Part shown: positions 15,541-21,762 of the stretch, piece after piece
Layout: each line of letters begins with the position of its first letter
How positions within the stretch are numbered: position 1 is the first letter of the stretch
Virus genome (UHGV): UHGV-0262451
Reading direction: 5' to 3' (one strand)
From: a virus
DNA length: 21,762 nucleotides
Made by a program: the position numbers and the translations under genes
The notes under the pieces: generated by a model
The model's input: only the letters and a program-made list of their open reading frames with translations
Database searches by the model: none
What the model was told of the DNA's origin: nothing

Positions 15541-17874
15541 TCAATCAATCTCCATTATTGAAACATTGGAATATCCCGGCCACTCATCAGCGACCGCATA
15601 ACTGAATTTTTTCTCGCCATATGTCACCGTTGCGCCCCGCGCCAGTACATCCAGTTCCCACCGCTCCGGCGTGATACCGTGTTGTGCTAGGTCAAACCGG
15701 ATGCGTGATATCTGGTCACGCTGCGATTTAGTCAGTCGCGCTGAAGGTGCTAATTCATCCGGCTTCAACGGTGATCGGTTTCTTTGTTGCCTGTTTTGAG
15801 GTTTAGCCCCTGCTTTTAGCGCGCCCCTGAGCACCTTCACGGCGTCCGGGTCATTCCAGTCGATCACCCCAGCATCAATGAGATTTATCACCGCTGCGGC
15901 TTGCTCAGACGGTGTGGGCGTCATATCCGTGTCGCTTCCGTTGGCCGGTAACCCACAGTTATTGACAGGACTCCGAGGCGCGGCGATGCCGCTTTTTAAA
16001 GTCAAAGGCTCAACGACCGGCACTTTCGTAACAATGCGCCAGTCCGTCGTTCTGGTGATATGAATATGACGCGCGCCGAGATGCGGCGCGTAAATGCCGA
16101 CCACTCTCTCGACTTCTTCCTCGTACTCGTTAACTTCATCCGACGGACTACGGGCGACCCTGACAGTCTGACAATCGCGCGGGACATTTGCCCCACCCTG
16201 CGCGCTGATATACAACGCAAAATCACCACTGTCTGCGGCGGCGCGTGCAGCCTCGACGCGCTCGTCAAACTCATCAGCAATGCTGACGCCGCGCGGCAAT
16301 TTGCGTAGTTCACGGTAAGCCCCCATTGTCGGCAGGCCAACCGTTTTAAATTGCGGGATGCGCCACGTTGACGCCCATGCGGTAACAGCCGCTGCAGTGT
16401 CTTTCAGCGGCCTGCCGGTGTCGTTATCGAGCTGACCATCCAGTGCATAGCCGTCGATGTTTTTTGAAATGTATTTCGCGATATATCCCGCAGCACCGCC
16501 CCGGTTAAGGTGTTTTGCCTGAAAACGGTTTCGCGCGGCTCCTCTTTCGTCGCCATCCTCTTTGAGCGCATAGCGACGCATGATTTCGATAATCTGGTTA
16601 CGCTGGCGTGAATTACAAAAAAGCATCATATGCCAGTGCGGCGTTCCGTCGTGGTGTGGCTCGACGACACGCAAACCGTAGACCTGTAAATCATTATCCT
16701 TGAATGCCGTGCGCATCAGGCTCCAGATACGGCAGAGATAACGCTGCGCATCCTTTGGATTAAATGCCTCATCGTTCCAGCCGTGATTAAGCTGCACGGT
16801 TTTACTTTCGCCTTTTCCTACCTGACGTGTCGGGTGATACTTTGACGGCGCGGTCAGCGTGATAAACATCCCCACATCACCCTCTGCAGCGGCGTAACGC
16901 TCAATACCGGCAATGGTGTTCATCAGCTCCATCCGGCGAATTTCAGGATTAGAAATACTGCCCATCACCTTACTGATAAGGTCGATGCGCTCGCCGGTTT
17001 CCCTGTTTTCAAGGTCACACGATTTAAGAAATTCCAGATTTGCCTGGCGGCGCGCACGCACATCACGAATGGCGTGTTTACTGGCATAAGGAGAACGGTC
17101 TTTATTGACCTCCCCGACAGCTATCAGTAACGCTTCATGCCAGCGCATACGCTGGCCTTTAAGCTGACTAATCCACCACTCATCGTTAAACAGGCGGGCA
17201 ATGGCAGAATATGCCTGCCTCGTTGTCATCTGTCCTTTACGGTATTTTTTCCAGTAGAGCGGGGAAATATTGAAAGCACGTGCAGCGCCAGCAACATGAC
17301 CATACAGATGCGCCTGCGCCTCATCCGTAAACAGCGATTCTTTTTCACCATGCGCATCAACCCATGCATCGCAGAGTTCCTCATACATCATGAAAAGCTG
17401 CGATGAGATACGGGCGGCAAACTTTTTCAGCTCCTTGTCATTCATTCCAGGCAGGCGCGCATAGTGGTCACGCTCTGCCAGAAACAGCAACGACGCGTCG
17501 GTGTTCATTTCATGGCGCTGATTAACGCGCTCAATGCGCGGCCATAAACGACGCTGAAAAGTGGATGTGAGGAAATAAAACCCGTGCACCGGGCTTTTAT
17601 TGCGCCGGATGTAGTCATAGCGTGAAGTAAACAGCGAGCGCAAAAAGTAAGGCAGGCGATTAATCGTGGATAAAACACCTTGCACCTGACGCATCTCGTC
17701 ACGTGTAAGGGGTCTTTCGCGCCCGACAGCCTCGCGTGGCGCGTTCCATGCATAAGCACCGGTAAACGTCTTACCGGTGCCTGCGGCAAATGCTGACGGA
17801 GGGACAAAACGCCCGAAGGCTTTAACGGCCATATGAGCCAAAAGCCTCTGAACAACGCTTGCTGAGTTGCTCAA
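15541..17874 (-). CDS. A: Replication initiation protein gpA-like (HUH-type rolling-circle nickase)
   Basis: 777-aa ORF; internal MAVKAFGRFVPPSAFAAGTGKTFTG... matches my recollection of the P2 A N-terminus, so the true start may be 17832 (763 aa). Contains a HUH-like motif (TPHWHMMLF). Confidence 0.9.
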   Translation of the reverse strand: MSNSASVVQRLLAHMAVKAFGRFVPPSAFAAGTGKTFTGAYAWNAPREAVGRERPLTRDEMRQVQGVLSTINRLPYFLRSLFTSRYDYIRRNKSPVHGFYFLTSTFQRRLWPRIERVNQRHEMNTDASLLFLAERDHYARLPGMNDKELKKFAARISSQLFMMYEELCDAWVDAHGEKESLFTDEAQAHLYGHVAGAARAFNISPLYWKKYRKGQMTTRQAYSAIARLFNDEWWISQLKGQRMRWHEALLIAVGEVNKDRSPYASKHAIRDVRARRQANLEFLKSCDLENRETGERIDLISKVMGSISNPEIRRMELMNTIAGIERYAAAEGDVGMFITLTAPSKYHPTRQVGKGESKTVQLNHGWNDEAFNPKDAQRYLCRIWSLMRTAFKDNDLQVYGLRVVEPHHDGTPHWHMMLFCNSRQRNQIIEIMRRYALKEDGDERGAARNRFQAKHLNRGGAAGYIAKYISKNIDGYALDGQLDNDTGRPLKDTAAAVTAWASTWRIPQFKTVGLPTMGAYRELRKLPRGVSIADEFDERVEAARAAADSGDFALYISAQGGANVPRDCQTVRVARSPSDEVNEYEEEVERVVGIYAPHLGARHIHITRTTDWRIVTKVPVVEPLTLKSGIAAPRSPVNNCGLPANGSDTDMTPTPSEQAAAVINLIDAGVIDWNDPDAVKVLRGALKAGAKPQNRQQRNRSPLKPDELAPSARLTKSQRDQISRIRFDLAQHGITPERWELDVLARGATVTYGEKKFSYAVADEWPGYSNVSIMEID

Positions 17875-18097
17875 CCTGCGCGTTTAAATCAGCAAAAGAC
17901 TTTGCGCTTCCGGTCAGAATATCGTGATGCATCAGGCCGGAAACGAGCTGGCTTAATTTCGGGTAATAACCAACCACCGCCAGCCATTCCTGACCGGCGT
18001 TTTTACCGCTTTCCGCTCTCTTTTTCTCGTGGAGAATAAACTGAAAGCTGTCACTGGTAACGACATAACGTTCGCCAATTTCAATACGAATACTCAT
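17822..18097 (-). CDS. Hypothetical early protein (91 aa), P2 orf83-position
   Basis: ORF in the early operon between the zinc-finger ORF and A, overlapping both neighbours. Confidence 0.65.
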   Translation of the reverse strand: MSIRIEIGERYVVTSDSFQFILHEKKRAESGKNAGQEWLAVVGYYPKLSQLVSGLMHHDILTGSAKSFADLNAQVEQLSKRCSEAFGSYGR

Positions 18098-18318
18098 GCC
18101 GTTCTCCGGTAATGTTTGTTTTTTGCTTCAAAGACTGACTGGCAGGAAACACAACGCGTGGCTGACGGATAAGCCGCACGACGGGCAGCAGGTATTGGCG
18201 CGTCACACTCTTCGCAAACCAGCGCAGAAACACCGCAATGCTTTACCCTTGCCGCGTTAATCTGGCGCTCCAGTAATTCAGCCTGTTGTTCCTGAATAAA
18301 ATCTACGTTGTCCGGCAT
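18094..18318 (-). CDS. TraR/DksA-family C4 zinc-finger protein (74 aa), P2 orf82-position
   Basis: Two CxxC pairs at the C-terminus (CEECDAPIP...CVSCQ) with spacing typical of TraR/DksA zinc fingers. Confidence 0.8.
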   Translation of the reverse strand: MPDNVDFIQEQQAELLERQINAARVKHCGVSALVCEECDAPIPAARRAAYPSATRCVSCQSVFEAKNKHYRRTA

Positions 18319-18623
18319 TACCAGCTCCTTTTGTCGTTAAGTTTTTTAAATTCATCAGCGCAATAGCTGGCAATTTCTGTCGTTAATTTTGTCAGTTCAT
18401 CCACTGAGGAAATTTGCTTGTGAAATACAGCGCGTTTCACAAGTAAATTGATCACATCAGACAGGAGGTTTAATTCGCTCTGATAAATCGCGATAACAGA
18501 TTCAGTTATGTCGCGCTTTTCTTTATCAAGACCAAGTTGAATAAGAGACAAATCGCCATTTTCCATAACGGCGATTTTTAAGGCGTTATTCAGTAATACA
18601 ATTGAACGAGAACAGGACATCAA
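18318..18623 (-). CDS. Hypothetical early protein (101 aa), P2 orf81-position
   Basis: ORF with coupled start/stop in the early operon; lower GC than neighbours. Confidence 0.65.
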   Translation of the reverse strand: MMSCSRSIVLLNNALKIAVMENGDLSLIQLGLDKEKRDITESVIAIYQSELNLLSDVINLLVKRAVFHKQISSVDELTKLTTEIASYCADEFKKLNDKRSW

Positions 18624-18877
18624 AGCACCTCCCCGCGAGACAATCCGATATTGTGAAATTTTTCCGACTCCTGACTGAGCAGCTCGACTATCTCCACGCG
18701 GGATAACTCCGCCTTTGTGATGTGGCGAATCATGGCGTCAAGATGAGAAGAAAAGCGCGTCGCTGCGTCGGCCTGTGCTTCGGTTCTGGCCTGTTGCAGC
18801 AGTAATGCGTATTTACCGCACTGATTTTCAGAAACTGTATGCATGACTTTCTCCAGGCAAAAAGAAGCCCCGCACAA
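18620..18877 (-). CDS. Hypothetical early protein (85 aa or shorter), P2 orf80-position
   Basis: ORF between B and the next small ORF; start uncertain (an internal Met at codon 12 is possible). Confidence 0.6.
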   Translation of the reverse strand: MCGASFCLEKVMHTVSENQCGKYALLLQQARTEAQADAATRFSSHLDAMIRHITKAELSRVEIVELLSQESEKFHNIGLSRGEVL

Positions 18878-18907
18878 TTAAGTGCGTTAAAAACTCTTGT
18901 TAATTAC

Positions 18908-19408
18908 TTAATGCAGATATTGCTCTGGTTTTACCGACGTCAGAATTGTCGGTGCATACTCAAACAGGCTGAATAATTCACGTAATGCACGGAATAAAGC
19001 ATCACGCCAGTAACATGACTCTTCATTAATTCGCCAGTATGGCTGGTTAAATTCTTTTTCTGTCAGTCGTGCGTGCATAAATAAAGTGCGACGCTGACTG
19101 ACAGTTAAAAAACTAATATATGCATACTCACTTGCACCAACCTGACGGCGTTTTGAGAATGCCCCACGCAATTCATCAATTGCACATACCAGTCGTTCAC
19201 GTTCGACGTCGTTCATTTCTTCAAAACGCATCGTTGCGTGACGCTGTTTTAACTGCGCATGAAAGCAAACCGTTAGCCGTTCGCGTTCCATCATCTGATT
19301 ATAATAATCGCATGTCTCCTGCCAGCGAGGGACGGCCAGATGCTTACCAATTATCCGGCGCATGGCTGCTGGCTGTTTTTCGACGAGATTAAGCGTCATC
19401 ACTGTCAT
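18908..19408 (-). CDS. B: Replication protein gpB-like (helicase-loader function in P2)
   Basis: 166-aa ORF (P2 gpB size) in the cox-B-A early operon. Confidence 0.85.
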   Translation of the reverse strand: MTVMTLNLVEKQPAAMRRIIGKHLAVPRWQETCDYYNQMMERERLTVCFHAQLKQRHATMRFEEMNDVERERLVCAIDELRGAFSKRRQVGASEYAYISFLTVSQRRTLFMHARLTEKEFNQPYWRINEESCYWRDALFRALRELFSLFEYAPTILTSVKPEQYLH

Positions 19409-19599
19409 TTCCAGCCCCTCCGGCTTTTCAGAAAGGTCAGAGCCTTTTTTAACGGACTCTGTTTTTTGGTGCGGATAATGATTCCCTTACGCCCCTTACC
19501 GTGGGTGATGGTGAAGTCAATCGCCCTGGGGCTTTCGTTACGCAGTAACTGAGCAATACAACGAGGCTCATTCATACGGTTCTCCTTAACGTGGTTCAC
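19405..19599 (-). CDS. Hypothetical small early protein, P2 orf78-position
   Basis: 64-aa ORF between cox and B, overlapping both; start uncertain. Confidence 0.5.
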   Translation of the reverse strand: MNHVKENRMNEPRCIAQLLRNESPRAIDFTITHGKGRKGIIIRTKKQSPLKKALTFLKSRRGWK

Positions 19600-19861
19600 C
19601 GAGACCTAACCACATCAACCAGCCGTCACGAATCTCTTTAGGGCGGCTTTCATAAGCCAGTTTTAGTCCGTTATTCCATGCCGGAAGGTATACCCAATAT
19701 TCACCTGCACGACCTGAAGCTGATTGTGGATCGGTCATATCAATTACAGGCAGCTTTCCTTTATCAATCATCCGACGAACCGCTCCTGTCGATTTTCCTA
19801 TTAGTTTTGCGAACTCCTGATAAGGAATCGCATCAGTCATGAGTGTTACTTGCTTGCTCAT
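19586..19861 (-). CDS. cox: Cox excisionase / transcriptional regulator
   Basis: 91-aa ORF MSKQVTLMTDAIPYQEFAKLIGKSTGAVRRMIDKGKLP..., the size and sequence I recall for P2 Cox; divergent from C. Confidence 0.9.
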   Translation of the reverse strand: MSKQVTLMTDAIPYQEFAKLIGKSTGAVRRMIDKGKLPVIDMTDPQSASGRAGEYWVYLPAWNNGLKLAYESRPKEIRDGWLMWLGLGEPR

Positions 19862-19942
19862 GTCGTCCTCTAGCCCTCATGAATTGCGTTTAATGTCTTA
19901 TAATGCCTTTTAGTGCCCACATCCAAGCACTAAACAATCTAC

Positions 19943-19972
19943 ATCTAAACTAAATACTATTGAGATCTAAAC
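19943..19972. promoter_or_regulatory. Immunity operator: direct repeats ATCTAAAC in the cox/C divergent promoter region
   Basis: ATCTAAAC at 19943-19950 and 19965-19972 (22 bp centre to centre), plus a partial copy ACTAAAC at 19929-19935, between the cox and C starts. P2 C repressor is known to bind direct repeats overlapping the early promoter. Confidence 0.6.
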
Positions 19973-19975
19973 ACC

Positions 19976-20275
19976 ATGTCAAACACGATAAGCGAGAAGA
20001 TAGTCTTAATGCGAAAATCAGAGTATTTGAGCAGACAACAACTTGCTGATTTAACAGGGGTTCCGTATGGCACGCTGAGTTACTATGAAAGTGGTCGTTC
20101 AACACCTCCAACAGATGTCATGATGAACATCCTGCAGACCCCACAATTCACCAAATACACTTTATGGTTCATGACCAATCAGATCGCTCCTGAGTCCGGG
20201 CAAATTGCGCCCGCTCTCGCACACTTTGGGCAAAACGAAACAACGTCGCCCCACTCCGGTCAAAAGACTGGTTAA
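19976..20275 (+). CDS. C: Immunity repressor C
   Basis: 99-aa ORF (P2 C size) with an N-terminal HTH-like segment (LSRQQLADLTGVPYGTLSYYESGRS), divergent from cox and upstream of int. Confidence 0.9.
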   Translation: MSNTISEKIVLMRKSEYLSRQQLADLTGVPYGTLSYYESGRSTPPTDVMMNILQTPQFTKYTLWFMTNQIAPESGQIAPALAHFGQNETTSPHSGQKTG

Positions 20276-20390
20276 CAATTCATCGTGAATATATTCATCA
20301 CAAGTGCCTACTATTGGTGGCTAAATTTCAGCCACCACGAAAAAAGCGATTAGTAGTCGCAAAAAAACACACCACTCGGAGGGTTTTCTG

Positions 20391-21404
20391 ATGGCAATCA
20401 AAAAACTCGATGATGGTCGATATGAAGTGGACATCCGCCCTACTGGACGTAATGGAAAACGCATCCGTAGGAAGTTTGATAAGAAAAGCGAAGCTGTCGC
20501 TTTCGAGAAATACACGTTGTACAACCACCACAATAAAGAATGGCTATCAAAACCAACAGACAAGCGACGTCTGTCGGAGCTGACACAGATCTGGTGGGAT
20601 TTAAAGGGTAAACACGAAGAGCATGGGAAATCTAATCTTGGAAAAATTGAAATCTTCACAAAAATAACGAATGACCCATGCGCATTTCAAATTACGAAAT
20701 CGCTTATCAGCCAGTACTGCGCCACCCGAAGAAGTCAGGGTATTAAACCTTCGAGTATCAATCGTGATTTAACATGTATTAGCGGCATGTTTACAGCCCT
20801 GATTGAAGCGGAGTTATTCTTTGGTGAGCACCCTATCAGAGGGACAAAAAGGCTTAAGGAGGAAAAACCAGACACAGGCTATCTCACGCAGGAAGAAATT
20901 GCCTTACTGCTTGCTGCTCTTGACGGCGACAACAAAAAGATTGCGATTCTTTGCCTGAGTACTGGAGCGCGTTGGGGAGAAGCAGCTCGTTTGAAAGCAG
21001 AAAATATCATCCATAACCGCGTCACGTTTGTTAAAACGAAAACAAACAAACCACGCACCGTCCCGATCTCAGAGGCTGTTGCCAAAATGATCGCGGATAA
21101 CAAACGAGGTTTTTTATTCCCTGATGCTGATTACCCTCGCTTCAGACGAACAATGAAAGCAATAAAACCGGATTTGCCAATGGGGCAAGCCACACATGCA
21201 CTAAGGCACAGCTTTGCCACTCATTTCATGATTAATGGAGGAAGTATTATCACGCTACAACGGATACTAGGTCACACGCGGATTGAGCAAACTATGGTTT
21301 ACGCTCATTTTGCGCCAGAGTACCTTCAGGACGCCATTTCTCTTAATCCGCTAAGAGGTGGTACTGAGGCCGAGAGTGTCCACATAGTGTCCACAGTAGA
21401 GTAA
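20391..21404 (+). CDS. int: Tyrosine integrase
   Basis: 337-aa ORF (P2 Int size); C-terminal catalytic region with HALRHSFATH...LGHTRIEQTMVYAHF (conserved R/H/Y pattern of tyrosine recombinases); adjacent to the att core. Confidence 0.9.
   Translation: MAIKKLDDGRYEVDIRPTGRNGKRIRRKFDKKSEAVAFEKYTLYNHHNKEWLSKPTDKRRLSELTQIWWDLKGKHEEHGKSNLGKIEIFTKITNDPCAFQITKSLISQYCATRRSQGIKPSSINRDLTCISGMFTALIEAELFFGEHPIRGTKRLKEEKPDTGYLTQEEIALLLAALDGDNKKIAILCLSTGARWGEAARLKAENIIHNRVTFVKTKTNKPRTVPISEAVAKMIADNKRGFLFPDADYPRFRRTMKAIKPDLPMGQATHALRHSFATHFMINGGSIITLQRILGHTRIEQTMVYAHFAPEYLQDAISLNPLRGGTEAESVHIVSTVE
21376..21395. promoter_or_regulatory. Candidate Int arm-type binding sites (direct repeat GTGTCCACA x2)
   Basis: GTGTCCACA at 21376-21384 and 21387-21395 (11-bp phasing) at the 3' end of int; reverse complement TGTGGACA matches the P2 Int arm-site consensus as I recall it. 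Confidence 0.5.
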
Positions 21405-21483
21405 CGTTTAAGGGCTTTCAGTGGTAATTTATGCCGCTCAAACCCGCATTGTACCGTTGAAAGCCCCTACTGGTGACACCCTA

Positions 21484-21510
21484 AATCTCCCTTACACGGG
21501 CTTATTTTTT
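21484..21510. other. Attachment-site core (prophage/flank junction)
   Basis: AATCTCCCTTACACGGGCTTATTTTTT, the reverse complement of the 27-bp P2 att core as I recall it (AAAAAATAAGCCCGTGTAAGGGAGATT), 80 bp downstream of the int stop. Confidence 0.7.
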
Positions 21511-21578
21511 GTGCATAAACCATAGAGACGGATTGATCCCAGGTGACCGTCTTCCATTGACCACATCGATAGAATCTC

Positions 21579-21762
21579 CCTTCATAGCACGATGCCTTTC
21601 ACGTAACGGCATCGTGCTCGCACAGGTTCCGGCTAACTGACATTCAAATGTGGAGAGTGAGAATATTTTTTGGTAAGCGTCAAACATGCGCGTTCTGGTT
21701 GTGCTTAGCCGGAACCTGTGCGAGCACGATGCCGTTACGTGAAAGGCATCGTGCTATGAAGG
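21579..21762. repeat. Perfect 58-bp inverted repeat (arms 21579-21636 and 21705-21762, 68-bp spacer), each arm with an internal 10-bp hairpin; truncated by the window edge
   Basis: The arm CCTTCATAGCACGATGCCTTTCACGTAACGGCATCGTGCTCGCACAGGTTCCGGCTAA is exactly reverse-complemented at 21705-21762; inside each arm GCACGATGCC...GGCATCGTGC forms a nested stem. Confidence 0.8.

Larger units (their letters stand above)
1..21510 (-). mobile_element. P2-like prophage (Peduovirus-type), partial: tail fibre gene through integrase and att core; structural/late genes on the minus strand
   Basis: Complete P2 gene order with matching product sizes (V 211, W 115, J 302, M 247, N 357, Q 344, cox 91, C 99, int 337 aa), a cos-like 19-mer at 12750-12768 and a P2 att-core-like 27-mer at 21484-21510. 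Sizes and motifs are from memory of P2, not a search. Confidence 0.9.

Noticed and set aside
21502-21687. 61-aa minus-strand ORF spanning the att core and flanking inverted repeat
   Set aside because: Runs through the att core and the palindromic repeat; no RBS; almost certainly non-coding.
21405-21762. tRNA gene at the integration site
   Set aside because: Many integrases target tRNA genes, but I could not fold a cloverleaf from the flank, and P2-type att sites are not known to lie in tRNA genes; tRNAscan would settle it.
1-21762. CRISPR array or tandem repeats
   Set aside because: No regularly spaced direct repeats with unique spacers were seen; the only substantial repeats are the att-flank inverted repeat and the short operator/arm-site repeats reported above.

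Overview
The window is almost entirely a P2-like (Peduovirus-type) temperate myovirus prophage, ending at an attachment core near 21484-21510 with about 250 bp of flanking DNA beyond it. Gene order and protein sizes match the canonical P2 layout. On the minus strand: tail fibre H (5' part, runs off the left edge), baseplate I-J-W-V, tail completion S-R, lysis cassette LysC/LysB/LysA-K-Y, then X-L-M-N-O. On the plus strand: terminase ATPase P and portal Q, followed by a terminator and the cos site (12750-12768). After the cargo locus comes the early region: A (HUH rolling-circle initiator), four small ORFs including a TraR/DksA-type zinc finger, B, cox, the C repressor and a tyrosine integrase. 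The stand-out is the cargo locus between cos and the replication operon, the position where P2 carries tin/old. Here it holds one strongly AT-rich 540-aa ORF (13222-14844, +) with no motif I can recognise and a predicted C-terminal transmembrane hairpin, convergent with two translationally coupled small ORFs downstream of A. I consider it a candidate undescribed single-gene anti-phage (abortive-infection-like) system; this rests on position and composition only. All identifications come from reading the sequence and ORF track plus recalled P2 biology; no database search was run.
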